Assembly (NCBI RefSeq): GCF_020745735.1
Contig: NC_083409.1
Coordinates: 14,851,873 to 14,915,872 of the forward strand
Length of the DNA: 64,000 nucleotides
Direction: 5' to 3'
Source of the DNA: Hemiscyllium ocellatum
Lineage: Eukaryota
Below the pieces are notes generated by a model. The model saw only the letters and a program-made list of their open reading frames with translations. It made no database searches and was not told the DNA's origin. Shown here in pieces: positions 1 to 13,224 of this stretch (within the stretch, counting starts at the first letter, position 1; the number at the start of each line of letters is the position of its first letter). The translations under genes and the position numbers were made by a program.

Positions 1-222
1 ACTGTTGGACAATTACATGACATCACAAAGTCTCGAGCTGAGAAGATCCAACTTACTAATCAAGGATTACAGTTCAAATTGGATGTTGAATCCTGACCCA
101 GGTCATCTTCCAAGAATCGAGAGGAGGAACACAAGACTGTTATCCAATTGGAGACATCTGAAAGAGATGACAGTGATGATGATAAGGAGGAAGTATTATC
201 TCCAGATCTTTGTCCTCGACCT
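1..222 (+). pseudogene. CEP350: CEP350 pseudo-exon: 3' end of the large CAP-Gly-containing exon (runs off the window start)
   Basis: Frame 1 reads TVGQLHDITKSRAEKIQLTNQG...DDDKEEVLSPDLCPRP, matching recalled human CEP350 TVNQLQQIKKTRDEKIQLSNQ...EDEKEEISSPDMCPRP. In-frame TGA at 94-96. Phase-0 donor reads GCAAGT (223-228). Confidence 0.85.
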
Positions 223-1898
223 GCAAGTATTAATTTTGAACCTGTTTTGGGATGGATTTGAATTTCAAGAATTGGAGATGTGTTATTGGTCTCGAAGCAT
301 TGATGCAATTGTTTTATTAATAATTCCAGAGCTGCTTAAATTCCCATGTTTTAACATACTGACAGGATTGTCATTGTTTCTGTCACAATATGTCAAAATA
401 CAACTCCACTTTTTTCAGGCACATTTTGCAGGTCATCATTTTCGGAAATTACCCTGAGTGTTCCCCTTTACTGAGGACACTTTACAAAAAGACTGTTGAA
501 TTGTTAATTATATTTGTGGGTGATAAAATCCAGCTTTGGGCAATATTAATAAAATTTCTGGTGTTTCGGTGTTTTCCACCTTGCCCATCAATTCTCAAAA
601 TATGTGTAAGTATGCTTAATTATTTCTCAAGATTTAGTGACCATTTCCACTGTGTAATTATTGAGTTTAGAACTGAAGGATTGCTTTTGAAATCCAAAAC
701 TTTTACTCTTGCACTTTTCTGTCGTTCCGAAAAGGGAGGAAGTGTTTTTAAAGATGTTCTTTTAAACTAAGTTTTTGATGATGCTTTTCAATCTCTTGCT
801 AAATCAGTTCACACACACTTTATCCAGCGTCGTGTTCTGAAGCAAAGTCCCGAGCCTGAATGACCATCTGATTAGAAGAACAGAAGTGTTTATGGTTTGC
901 ACGTATTAACATTGATTGGACAAGCAGCTCTTTTGATGAAAATGCTTGACAAGTTCTCATACTGTCCATTCCTTTCTGAGCATTCAATGTAGGAAGTCAT
1001 TGAAATAGGTGCTTGAGTCAGTTTGATTTGACACAGCAACATCCTGACTAAACTGACACATGCTTTTCTGATTTGTCAATATTTGTGTTTCCCTGTAAAG
1101 TGCAGGAATAAAAAGGGGTGCAGCAGTCAACTGAAAGTGATCTGATTTTGGAAAGCTGAAGCTCAGAACGTTCAGTCTGAAATCGTTCATTCCCCTAAGT
1201 ACACGACAGTTAGTAGATGAAGAGATTCTCCATACTCCAGGAAAGATTTGAACAGTCTGTATCAATTTCCTAAAATGGACATTATTTTCTCCATGGTAAC
1301 TCGTAACTAGCCATATTTCTTGTGATTGCATTGTTTGAAGGATATTCACGGATTTCATCACAATGTATCTGACCCGAAACTGTTCAAAAGCTGTATTCTC
1401 CCCATCCTCCACACTCCATGATAGTCAGCAGTGGGATCTCTCCCTTTGTGAGCCTCGTGAAGTATTGCTCAGTGTGTTGTGTTCTTTTCATAACAAATGT
1501 ATTTTTAAAGCTCAGGAAGACCACTTGGGATACTTTGCATCTTTGTAAAGATGATTTTTTTTTCCACCACCTTGATCAAGTCAAGTACTTTTAAAAATTT
1601 AAAATGAGTATAAAGCATTTCTCCAGACTCCATTAACTGAATTGTGTATTGAGTTTGAGTACTCAATCTGATAAAATATACTGTTTAATGTCACTCCATG
1701 TGGAAAGCTTAACTTTAATTACATGGCTGAGAATAAATTGGAAATGAATTCCAGCCTGTGTCCAACTCGTCAGACATACTCTGAGATATCAAAAGAAGGT
1801 TCTTGTTTGTTTGTCTCCCTGTTTTCATGCTTTGATTTCAGTTTTGTTCCTGACCTTCAGTTTCTAGATTGACCAACAGTCTGTGTACTTTGCAACAG

Positions 1899-2281
1899 GG
1901 CAGCCCAGTGTTTGGCACAAGTGGGCAGGAAGAATTGGCCAAATGCCTGGCAGAGTTGGAATTGATTCATGAGGCACTCGATGACCTGGTGGATGACCAA
2001 GATTGGTTTGATGAGGACTTTGGGCTGAGCTGCAGCAAAGTGCAGCATCCAGTGCAGGAGGCCCAGTCTCCACAGGATGGGCCTCTGAAAATCCACAGGG
2101 AACCTTACTTTGCTGCAGCTCCTGATGCTTGAGGTTGAGAAGATGGTTCATGCAGTGGCTGAGGAAGTTGAAGGAACTTGGCCACGATCCAGGAAATCTA
2201 CGAATACCCCTACAAATTCTTATCTTGAGAATAAGAAATGGAAAGATGTAGACAGTGTGAGCAAAAGAGTTTTTTTGTGAG
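1899..2281 (+). pseudogene. CEP350: CEP350 pseudo-exon (frameshifted)
   Basis: Acceptor ...tttgcaacAG at 1897-1898. GSPVFGTSGQEELAKCLAELEL...DDQDWFDEDFGLS matches CEP350 ESPVFGASGQEELAKRLAELEL...DDQDWFDEDFGLS. EVEKMVHAVAEE, LKELGHD and DVDSVSKRVF continue in shifting frames. Donor GTGAGC at 2282. Confidence 0.9.
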
Positions 2282-4107
2282 GTGAGCTTCAGCTTTTGCG
2301 TTTGAACACAAAATTATTTTTTCTCAATTAAACAAGAAAGGTGTGAGTTAATAGTGCTCCACAGCAGCTCTGATTAATGATATGCATAACAGAGCATGTT
2401 AAAAACATTATCTCGATCCTGATGACTGCATTGAATTCAATTTACCATTTTGCCCCTTCCATAAAAGTCCAAGGCCCCCTTTCTCCTCCACTGTTTGTAC
2501 TCTCCCATTATTAATTTATCATCATCAACCTCCTCCTCATCCTGTTATTCACTAAATCCCATCTGTCACAACTTTGCCGACTCTGAGAATCTATAGTTTC
2601 TGTTTCTATTTACATAATATCTAGTGTCTCTTCCAGTCACTCATTTTTTTGAATTCTTCTGTATCATCTGTCTTTCCATTGGTTGATAATACAACATATA
2701 ATTATTAATCATCTTCTTAAAACTCTCCAGAATCTTATCTTCCACAGGTCACTCCATAATTTTCAGATGAAGAAAGCCTTAAAGGTTGCACTTTTCTGTC
2801 CGAACTTGTAATGAGGTTCCCAAAATTGACCAAAATATTCTAAGATCTTATGCAACTTAATGTCTTAAATCGTTTGTGTGCAGTTGGATGTGTCAGGTTT
2901 TTTTTAATGGCCGTATCTATCACTTTAAATGGCCTGTATGTTTGAATACTTTGTGGCCTTTTTCTCTGATCTGATTAGGATCTTACCATTTCAGGTGTAA
3001 TCCCTTTTCTTATCCACTTAATGTATTACTTCATCTCACTCTCAACTTCAATTCCATCTTCTGGAAAATGTTCTTCTGGATCTGTCACTGCAGTACAGTT
3101 CCATCTCTGTCCCTTCAACCCAAGTCGGAATCATTTAGTTTCCTTCTCTTAAATTCCCAAGTCAAGATTGTGTTTATTACTATAACAATTAAGGGCAATC
3201 TGAGCATGGGCTCCTGTGGACCCCTTCCATTCTCCACACCTTTCTCATGTGAAATCTTTATTTTACCCCGAACCTTGCATTTTCCCAACCACCTCTATCC
3301 ATTTGACTGTGCTCCCCTTCATTTGAGGTGTTTTTGAGTTTTGCCATTGGTCTTCTCAGAGGTAACTTCTTGAAATAATTTCTGAAAATCCATGTAAAAC
3401 ATGAACACTTCTTTTCGTTCTAATCTGCTCTTTTATTAATACATCCTTGTCAAGTTATTTGGTAGTTCACAACCTGTTAATTAGAAATTCATGCCAATTG
3501 TTCCCGACTAGCTACTGTCTCTTGAAGTGCTCATATTTATCTCTATATTTTTAACTCTTAATTTACCAACAACTGAAGCAAAACTAACTGACTGAGAAAT
3601 TCCTGTTTTTCTTATTTTGATCGAGAAGTTAGCTGCCCGAAAATCCTCTGGTCAAGTTTTAGGAGCTAATAATTGGAGCCATGATAGTTGCTTTCTATTT
3701 CCAGCATGTCGCACAGAAGTCATTCATTTTTCAAAGATTTGCCTCATTTTGTGTTGTGGTGCCTTCCTTAGTTTTATATTAGTAAGCTTGTCTAATACAT
3801 CTGCACCTACCCTTGGTCGTTCTGCAATCCTATTAAACTGCTGTGCTTTTCCAGCAACACATTTTCAGCTCTGATCTCCAGCATCTGCAGTCCTCACTTT
3901 CTCCTAATCCTACTAAACCCCTTCTCTCCTGCAATCAATGATATTCTAAATTTATCCTTGATTCAGATCGTGGAGCAAACAGTTGCTATTTTCTAGATTT
4001 TGAGCAGTATTCCTTCTTGTTTTCCGTGTAGTGATCTAACGAGCTTTTTTGGCGGGGAGGGCGTATCTAATATAATTTTTTCTCTGTTAACCTTTTACTT
4101 CTTCCAG

Positions 4108-4245
4108 CTTGTATTTAACGTGACGAGAGAAATTCTCACTGAGATGTTTTCTGAAGACCCCAGTGCCAGCCAAGCCCCATGGATGAAGTCAAGCCGAATT
4201 AGCTCTGCTTTCTTCAAACGAGTGCGTAATTTAAATGAAGTGAAG
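4108..4245 (+). pseudogene. CEP350: CEP350 pseudo-exon (open, 46 codons)
   Basis: cttccAG|LVFNVTREILTEMFSEDPSASQAPWMKSSRISSAFFKRVRNLNEVK|GT, versus CEP350 AVFDLTKEIFEEIFAEDPNLNQPVWMKPCRINSSYFRRVKNPNNLDEIK. Phase 0/0. Confidence 0.9.
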
Positions 4246-4549
4246 GTGATAATTCCATGTAATTCCTTTGTCCTACTTGTCAGTAATAATGTTGCAAATG
4301 CACTGCTGGTTGGAGTCTCGGATGCTGCCTGACCTGCTGTGCTTTTCCAGCACCGCTCTAATCTAGATTCTGGTTTCCACAATCTGCAGTCCTTGTTTGT
4401 ACCTGGATCTAAAATATGTAGATTGTGTAAATGAGTGACTCAATTTGTAAACAGTGGCCACTATCCTGACTTGGAATTCTGCCACTGCTTCTTGCAACTC
4501 CTTCCCTAATGAGATTGTGGGTCTAGGTTAGCACCATCTTGTCAAGATG

Positions 4550-4720
4550 AGAGTGGTGCTGGTGTAGCACAGCAGGTCAGGCAGCATCTAAAGAGCAGGA
4601 AAAATCAACATTTCGGGCAAAAACCTTTCATCCTCAGATGCTGCCTGACCTGCTGTGTAATGCCAGCACCACTCTAATCTTGACTCTGATCTCCAGTAAC
4701 TGCAGTACCCACTTCCGTCT
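4550..4720 (+). mobile_element. Short Penelope pLTR-derived insertion with 5' inverted arm and decayed hammerhead
   Basis: About 40-bp inverted arms at 4550-4589 and 4636-4675. Decayed GATGAAAGGTTTTTGCCCGAAATGTTG on the minus strand between them. Flanking near-direct repeat ACCATCTT(G/C)TC(A/G)AG at 4533-4546 and 4721-4734. Confidence 0.7.
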
Positions 4721-5599
4721 ACCATCTTCTCGAGGGCAACTAGGAAGGGGCAATAAATGCTAGCCCACATTTATATAAACGCCCACATTCCATGAATGAG
4801 CAAAAAAAATTACTCAAAAGCTCATTGAGCACCAAGGAACTCCATTTTAATTCTAAACTCCTCAATGAACATTTTTTAAATGCCTCCTAGGGTCTGGGCA
4901 TCGCCGGCTGGCCAGCTTTTATTGACCGATTCTAGTTGATTTTGAGAACCTGGTGAGCTATCTTTTGTAACTACTGCAGTCCATGTGCTGTAGGTAGACC
5001 CACAATGCCCTGGGGGGGGGGGGGGGGGGAATTCCAGGGATTTGATACAGCAATCCTGAAGAACCAGTGATATTTTTCTAAATCAGAATGGTGCGTGGCT
5101 TGGAGGGGCTTTTGTAAGTGACAGTCCTGTGTATCTGCTGTTCTGGTCCTTCTTGATCTAAATAGTCATAGATTTGGGAGGATCTGGCTAAATATCTTTG
5201 AATTTATGCAATGCATCTTGTAGATTGTACACACTGCTGTTACTGAGTGGAGGGTTGTGGAGGGCCTGGCTGCTTGCGAATGTGGTGCCAATCAAGTGGG
5301 CGGCTTTGTCTTGGATGTGGTGAGCTTTTTGTGTGTTACTGGAGCTGCACTCCTCCAGGTAAGTGGGGCGTATTCCATCAGACTCCTGACTTGTGCTTTG
5401 TACTTGATGGATTTGCTATGGGGAATCAGGAGGTCAGTTATACACCACAATATTCCAAGCCTCTGACCTGCCCTTGTAGCCTACAGTGTTTATATGATGA
5501 GTCCAGATGAGTTTCTGGTCCATGGTAACCCTCATGATGTTCATAGTGAAGGATACAGTGATGGTAATACCATTGAATGACAAGGGCCGTTGGTTCAAT

Positions 5600-6345
5600 A
5601 TCCTGAGAGTTATAGAGTTGTACAACTCAGAAACAGACCCTTTGGTTCAACTTGTCCATACTGACCAGTTATCCGAGATAAAATCTAGTACCCCTCGCTA
5701 GCATTTGGCCCTTTTTCCTCTGAAACCCTTTCTATTCATATACTCATCTGGATACCTTTTTAAGTATCTTTATACAGTCGCCCCTCAGCTTCCAATGCTG
5801 CATGGAAAATAGCCCCAACCAATTCATCCTCTTCGTATAGCAGAACCTCCCCCCCCCCCCCCCCCCTGGCAACATCCTTGTATAACCCTTTCAAGATTCA
5901 CAAAATCCCTCCGAGAGCAGGGAGTCCAGAATTGCACACGGTATTCTAAAAGAGGCCGAATCAGGGTCATGTACAGCCGCGACGTGATTTTTCAACTTCT
6001 AAACTCAATGCTCTGACCAATAAAGTCAGGCATAACAAACACCGCCTTCACTATCCTGTCTACTTGTGATTCCACTTTCAAGGAACTATGAACATACACT
6101 CCAAGGTCTCTTTATTCAGCAACCCTCCCCAGGACTTTACTATTGAGTAGATACGTTTTGCCCCGATTTGCCTTTACAAGATGTAGCACTGTCCACTGAA
6201 CCTCTATTTTTAGTGTCATCTGCAAACTTACTAACCATACTATGTTCCATGTTCACATCCAGATCATTTATATAAATGATGAAAAGCAGTGAACCCAGCA
6301 CCGATCCTTGTGGCTCACCACTGGTCACAGGCCTCCTACTGGAGA
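5600..6345 (-). mobile_element. CR1 LINE 3' fragments
   Basis: RT remnant [22 protein letters not shown]...SKFADDTK in ORF 6140-6373(-), plus a typical CR1 3' tail. Confidence 0.8.
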
Positions 6346-8027
6346 TGGTCATTGACTGGCAGTTTTGGTGCAAAACTTACTTGCCTCTTGCCAGTCCAAC
6401 CTGCGTATTGTCCCGATCTTGTTGCCTTTGAACATAACCCCTCAGATACTGAGTCTGTGAATGTTACTGAATATTGTGCAACTATCCGCACTTCTGACCT
6501 TATGATGGAAGGAACTGAAGAATCCCATTTTACTCTGGTCTCCCCGATGATCCTCGAGGAACCTCATTTTACTCCCAACTGAAGTCACACAGTAATAGTC
6601 TGAGTGTTAACCATGGCTCAGTGGCACTCTTCCTCAGTCAGCAGAGGGGAGTAAGCAAATACTAACGTGAAATCCTGGATGACAGTCCTGGTGCAGTACT
6701 GGAATATGGTTTTCAAAATGAAACCCTATTTTCCCCCTTGGGTGAGTTTTTTTAAGAGTTTTGATGTGACATTGAAGAGGAGTGGAGTTCTCCCTCATGG
6801 TCCTGGTCAATCTACTACATGAGTCAGTATGGCTCAACGTTTACTGAACCATTTCCCTAATTTGTGGGAACATGCTGTGTGAAAGTTTGTGGCAGCTTTT
6901 GACGATATTATAATAGTGAATATACTTCAAAGGCTGAGAACAACATGCTACAAGTGTGAAATGTGATGTATATTTGCAAGTTGTTTTTGGCAATTTGAGG
7001 TTAAGGTGGATGACTTGAGCTTTGGTTACAAAGTATTGTCCAACACGAAGACCAAGTTCTTTACTATTGCAGCAATGCAACTTCTATTTTACTATGGCAC
7101 TGACATTGAAGTGTACACTGGATGTCTCCTTCCAGTAACTCAGACTTGCAACACTGCAATGTGAACTTTTTACCACGGTCTAAAGTCAACATCAAGCTGC
7201 TCATTGTCTAGCCTGACTTCACTTTGTACACAGTTTGTGAAGTGTTGCACTTTGCCAGGGACTGAGAATGGACATGTGTAAATCAGCTTTTCATTCACAG
7301 AGCAAATTTGGGACTGTTCATTTCCTTTGTTTTGTCTTTTTAACTTGACTGTAATGTGTCTTCAGTCTGAACTGTACTATTTCCCACACCAACATTTCCA
7401 GGCGTGTTACTTGCCTTTGACAAATCTTCCTGTCTGGAGCCACGTGAGGCAGTGGTCAGTGGTTAGATCATATAGTTTTGATGAACTCATCTGTTAAACT
7501 GAGAATGATTTAACCTTCCTGAAATGCTGGGTCCACTGTATGAATCCACGTCAGCCCCAATATTTATTGTGAGACTTCCCATAGCACTGATCTTGAGTTG
7601 TCTGCCTACAGTCTGTGAAAGGCAGAACATTTCTGGAATTCGACAGAGCAGAGGCTTCTTAGAAGGTGCTGTTGGCAAAGTGCTGAACCATGTAATGCAG
7701 TGAATCATTAAATGAAATAATTAATCATTTCTCAGCCAAGGTCTTAGGCAAGAGAAAGTGTCAAACCTTCTCAATCTGGGAGTGTTGCACGCTCCCTTCA
7801 TGTTGTTTTGTATATGTTTCGGATCTCACTGATGCTATTCACTTAAATACTTGAAAACTTAATGATAATTTAGCAGATTTTTGTTAAATAGAACATGCTT
7901 TGAGTTTCATCCAATTTTGCATCTTCATTGAGCAGTTTTAGAGTAGGATAATGGCTTGTGGATTGTTTTGTCTGTGTATTTAGGGTGTTTGTAACAGCTG
8001 CCATTTCTCCTGTGCTGCTATCCCCAG

Positions 8028-8150
8028 ATCTTTATTTCTAATGAAGTTATGATGTTGTTTGGATTTAACCAAGAGAAATAGCAGAAGACAGCTTGGCAGA
8101 AGATGAAGAAATTTGGCAGGAGAAAACGTGATTGAATGACCCGTATTTTG
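8028..8150 (+). pseudogene. CEP350: CEP350 penultimate coding pseudo-exon with two stops
   Basis: ccccAG|IFISNEVMMLFGFNQEK*QKTAWQKMKKFGRRKRD*MTRIL|GTAAGT, versus SFIASEVLKLFSLKKEPNHKTDWQKMMKFGRKKRDRVDHIL. Stops at 8079-8081 and 8133-8135. Confidence 0.9.
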
Positions 8151-8516
8151 GTAAGTGCTTCAGTTTTGGAATTGTTCAGTTTTACATTGTAGCATTGCGT
8201 CACGATTATGAACACTGCATCATACATCTGAACTTTCTATTATTTCAAATGGCAAATGCTTTATCTGTTTTTGGCTTACCTGTCTGGCTCTCCAGCACAC
8301 ATCCAGAAAATGCTTCAACTTTCTGATTGAATTGAAAACTTGGGTCCTCACTGGAGTAATTTGCTGAAAACCAAATCCTACTATTCCTTAGTTGCCAGAA
8401 ACGTTTTAAAAAATATTCAGAAGTACATTGAATTCAGTGCAGTTGGCAAAGTAGGGTCATGTGTAGTTCTTTAATTCCCAATGTTTAATTTCACTTTCTG
8501 TCCATGTTTCCTTCAG

Positions 8517-8662
8517 TCCTATGATGAGTTTGTAAAGAAGACCGAAGCTGAACCCAGTAAAGATCTCGATGTTGCCAGGTCAAACTCAACCAAACCGCAG
8601 ATTAAAGCTCTGTACTCCACTGCTACTGAGAAACCGAAGATTAAACCTCCCTCTCTGCAGAG
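8517..8662 (+). pseudogene. CEP350: Internal CEP350 exon lying out of order (normally upstream of the large exon)
   Basis: cttcAG|SYDEFVKKTEAEPSKDLDVARSNSTKPQIKALYSTATEKPKIKPPSLQ-R|GT, versus recalled CEP350 SYDEFIKKTEAELSQDLETSPTAKPQIKTLSSASEKPKIKPLTPLHR. Open frame, phase 0/2. Confidence 0.85.
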
Positions 8663-9229
8663 GTACTTTCAGTAATGGATGTTAATTGTAACCTTATGAA
8701 GGGATGCCTCTTGTATTTATCTTTTTTACCCGAGTGGAAGCCCTTTTGTCCAAATTAGTTGGTGATGAAGTGGTTCTTTAGTTAAGGAGACCAGTGCTTT
8801 TACAGAGACTTTACAGCAGGGAAACGTGCCTTTTAGTCCAACAGACTCGTGCAGTTATTTCGTCTCCATGCAAGTCTACTCCCACTTTGTTTCATCCCAT
8901 CAGTGCATCCTTCTGTATGTTTCTCCCTGAGGTACTTATCTAACTTCCCCTTTAACAAATTTGTGCTATTCAACTTAAGCATCCCGGCTCTAGCAAGTTT
9001 CATGTTGTCACCTTTCTCAGGGAATAATGTTTTGTTTTGAATTTGTGATTCAATTCGTTAACGTGAACTTCCTGTTCAGTCAGCCTCACAAGTGTCATCT
9101 CCCACCCCCCCCCCTCTAACCAAAAAAATGCCCTCCCGTGTGTTGCTAAGGTAAGGTGTTTCAATTGATATTTCTTGTGTATCGTGTTATTGATTAACAA
9201 TTAGCTGTTAGTTGGTTGTTGAATAAGAC

Positions 9230-12200
9230 CATAAAGAAGTACTAGAAATTATTTAGTTCATAAATTTGTATAAATGAATTAAATAAGTAGAGATGTTTGG
9301 ACAGGTGATGGGCTGGAGCTGCATGGTGTGGGAGCTGGCTGATCCCATTGTGAAGGACAGTGACCACATCTGCAGCAAGTGTTGTTTGCTAAAAAAACTC
9401 CGGATCAGAATCAATGATCTGGAATCTGAGCTTCAAACACTGCGGTACATCCGGGAGGGGGAGAGTTACCTGAACGCTTTGTTTCAGGAGGCAGTTACAC
9501 CCGATAGATGAAGTAATTCAAATTCAGTTCGTGGTCAGGGGCAACAGGGTGTGACTGTAAGTGAGGCAGGTAGGGGGATTCTGAGTTCAGGAGTGGAGGA
9601 GCCTCAGTCCTTGACCTTGTCAAACAGGTATGCAATTTTTGCTTCCTGTATGGGTGAGGAAAAGTGCTGTGGGCAGGATAAGCCAGCTGACCACTGCAAC
9701 ATGGTGCAGAAGGCCATTCAAGAAAGGGAGTAAAAAGACAAGTAGTTGTTACAGGGGATTCGGTAATTAGGGGTAATTTGCAAGCCGGATTGGGAGTCCC
9801 ACATGGTGTGTTGCTTGCCCGGTGCCAGGGTGCAGGACATCTCCGATTGGCTTGAAAGGATATTGGAACAAGAGGGAGAAGATCCAGTTGTTGTGATCCA
9901 TGTTGGCACTAACAGCATAGACAAGGCTAGGCATGTGGGCCTGTGTGGGGAGTATAAAGCACTAGGAAGGAAATTGAAGAATAGATCCTCGAGGGTTATA
10001 ATCTCTGGATTACTGCCCGAGCCACGTGCTAATTGTCATAGTGATAAGAAAATGAGGGAAATAAACACGTGGCGAGGAGATTGGTGTGGGAAAGGAGGTT
10101 TCCATTTCATGGGACATTAGCATCAGTTTTTGGAACCTGGGCGATCTGTACCGATGAGACAGTCTCCACCTGAACCGATCTGGAACCAGTGTTCTGGTGA
10201 AAAGGATAAATTGGGTGGTCACTAGGACTTTAAATTTATGAGTCTGGGGAAAGGGAAAGCAACAGGGAGTATGGAGCCAAATAGAAAGATAAGCAGTGGG
10301 TTAGCATGTGTGCAGGGTTTAAGTTCAAGGCAGACTAGAATTAAGTAAAAAAGAACATTAACTTAGAACATATTAGTAGAGATGTTGAAAATCATGAGGA
10401 TAAGAAAACTAGCATTAAGGCACTTTACTTGAATGCTCATTGTATTCGTAAGAAAGTAGATGAATTAACAGCACAAATCATGGTGAATGATTATGATGTG
10501 GTAGGCATCACAGAGAGATGGTTGCATGGGGGTTCAGGACTGGCAGTTAAACATCCAAGGATTTACAACTTAGAGAAAGAGTGGACAGAGTTGCCTTTTT
10601 AGTTCAGAATGACATAGCGTCAGATGACTTGGATTCTGTGTGGGTGGAGTTGAGGAACCATAAAGGCAAAAAAACCATAATGGGCATTATGTACAGACCT
10701 CCCAGCAGTGTTCAGGACTAGGGGCCCAGATGTACCAGGAAATAGGGCATATCAGAAAGGCAAGGTCACGATGATCATGGGGAACTTCAATATGCAAAGG
10801 ACTGGGTGAATAATGTTGCCAGTGGATCCAAAGAAAGGGAATTCATGGAATGCTTACAGGATGTATTTTTGGAATGTCTTGTGATGGAGCTTACAAGAGA
10901 GCAGGCTGTTTTGCACTTAGTGCGATGTAATGAGCTAGACGTTGTAAAAGATCTTAAAATAAGGGAGCACTTAGGAGGCAGCGATCATAATATAGTCGCG
11001 TTCAGTCTGCAGTTTGAAAGGGAGAAGGAAAAATTGGTTGTAATGGTGTCAAAGTAAAATGAAGGTAATTACAGGGGCATGAGAGAGGAACTGATAAAAA
11101 TCAAGTGGAAGCAGAGCCGAGTGGGGAAGACAGTAGGCAGGAGTTTCTGGGTGTAATTGAGGATGCAGGACAAATGTTCAGCCCAAAAAAAATTATACAG
11201 GGGTGGGGGGAGGGGGGTGGCGGGGGCATTAGACAGCCACGGCCAACAAAGGAAGTCAGGAAATGTATCAAAGAGAGAGCAAGCCTATAAACTGACCAAG
11301 AGCACTGGGAAATCAGAAGATTGGGAAGATCGTGAAAACAAACAAAGAGAGAAATAAAGAAGGAGAGGATCAAATAAACTTGCCAGTAATGTTAGAAATG
11401 ATAGTAAAAATTTCTTTCAATACATAAGAAACAAACAAGAAGCAAAAATAGAAATTGGGGCCATTCCAAATTGACACAGGAAGGCTTGCGATGGGAGATA
11501 AGGCTGAAGAACTTAATCACTCTTCAAAGTGGAAGGCATGAGTAATATCCCAACAGTGAAGGAGAGTTAGGGACAGATTTGAGTATGGTATCCATTCCAA
11601 AAGAGAGAGCGCAAGAAAAGCCAAAAGGTGTAAAAATTGAAAAATCCCCTGGCCCAGTTGGGCTCCATTCCAGATGTTCTGAGAGACGTGTTTGAGGAAA
11701 TAGCAGAGGCGTTGGTTGTCACTGGAGTCAGAGAACGTCCCAGATGATTGGAAAATCGCTTTTGTAACTCCCTTGTTCAAGAAAGGATCAAGACAAAAGA
11801 TGGAAAATTTATAGCTTTGCCCAACCTCGGTTGTAGGAAAATTCTAGAATCCATCGTTAAGGATGAGATTTGTATGTTCTTGGAAGTGCAGGGTCTGATG
11901 AAAACAAGCCAGCATGGATTTAGTAAGGCAAGGTCATGCCTGAAAAACTTGTTGGCATTCATTGAAGAGGTAACAAGTAGGTTAGACCAGGGAAACCCAG
12001 TGGATGTGATCTATCTAGATTTCTAAAAGGTCTTTGGTAAAATGCCTCATGGGAGGCTCCTGAGTAAGGTGAGGGCCCATGATGTTTGAGGTGAGCCACT
12101 GGCATGGATTGAGGTTTAGCTGTCTGAAAGAAGGCAGAGAATTGGGGTAAAAAGTTCTTTTTCAGAATGGCATCTGGTGACAAGTGGAATCCACCAGATT

Positions 12201-13183
12201 CAGTGTTGGGACTGCAGCTGTTCACTTTATATATTATTGATCTGGATGAAGGAACTGGGGGCTTTCTGGTGAAGTTCACCGATGATAAGAAGTTAGGTGG
12301 ACAGGCAGGATGTTCTGAGGAGGTGGGGAGACTGCAGAACGATTGAGACAGTTTAGGAGAGTGGTCCAGGAAATGGCTGATGAAATTCAACGTGAGCAAA
12401 TGTGAGGCCTTGCACTTTGGAAAAAAGAATACAGGCATGGACTATTTTCTAAACGGTGAGAAAATTCCTAAAGCCAAAGTACAAAGGGATCTGGGAGTGC
12501 TAATCCAGCATTCTCTAAAGATTGACTTGCAAGTTGAGGCCGTGGTGCAGAAAGCAAATGTAATGTTGTCATTTATCTCGAGGGTTGGAATATTAAAGCA
12601 GTGATGTGCTTATGAGACTTTATAAAGCTTGAGATAAGCCTCACTTCAAACACTGTGACCTATTCTGGGCCCCACACCTCAGGAAGGACATACTGGCACT
12701 GGAGCGTGTCCAGCAGAGATTCACGCGGATGATCCCTGGAAAAAGTAGGCTGAACATGTGATGAATTTCTGAGGATCCTGGGATTGTATTCATGAGAGTT
12801 TAGAAGGTTGAAGGGAGATCTACAAGAAACTTACAAGACACTGCATGGCTTAGAAAGGGTGGACGCTGGGAAGTTGTTTCCGTTAGGCTGGGAGACTAGG
12901 ACTCATGGGCACATCCTTAGAATTAGAGGGGGTCAATTTAGAATGAAAATGAGGAGACACTTCGTCAGCCAGAGAGTTGTTGGCCTGTGGAATTCATTGC
13001 CGCGGAGGCCGGGATGTTAAATGTCTTCAAGGCAGATTGCAAGATCAAGAATTTATCAAGGTATTAAGGGCTACGAGGAGAGTGCGGATAAGTGGAGTTG
13101 AAATGCCCATCCGCCATGATTGAATGGTGGAGTGGGCTCAATGGGTCGAATGGCCTTACTTCCACTCCTATGTCTTATGGTCT
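9230..13183 (+). mobile_element. Near full-length degenerate CR1 LINE (ORF1 Zn-finger/SGNH esterase; ORF2 endonuclease-RT)
   Basis: ORF1 pieces CMVWELAD...CSKCCLL and CCLPGARVQD...VVIHVGTNSI. ORF2 pieces GGSDHNIVAF, SQHGFSKARSCLKNLL and MKFNVSKCEALHFG. Tail ...cctatgtcttatggtctt. Many stops and frameshifts. Confidence 0.9.
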
Positions 13184-13224
13184 TCATTTTTAAACTTCGC
13201 CATCAAATCTTGTTTTCAAAGTTC

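Noticed and set aside
390-1548. ORFs of 126 and 142 aa near the window start
   Set aside because: They lie in the intron between CEP350 exons and show no recognisable domain. The listed 5..457 ORF is also not the coding frame.
5012-5866. G18 (5012-5029) and C18 (5849-5866) homopolymers as a paired or G-quadruplex system
   Set aside because: They are expansions inside ordinary repeats, homopolymer length is unreliable, and nothing else links them.
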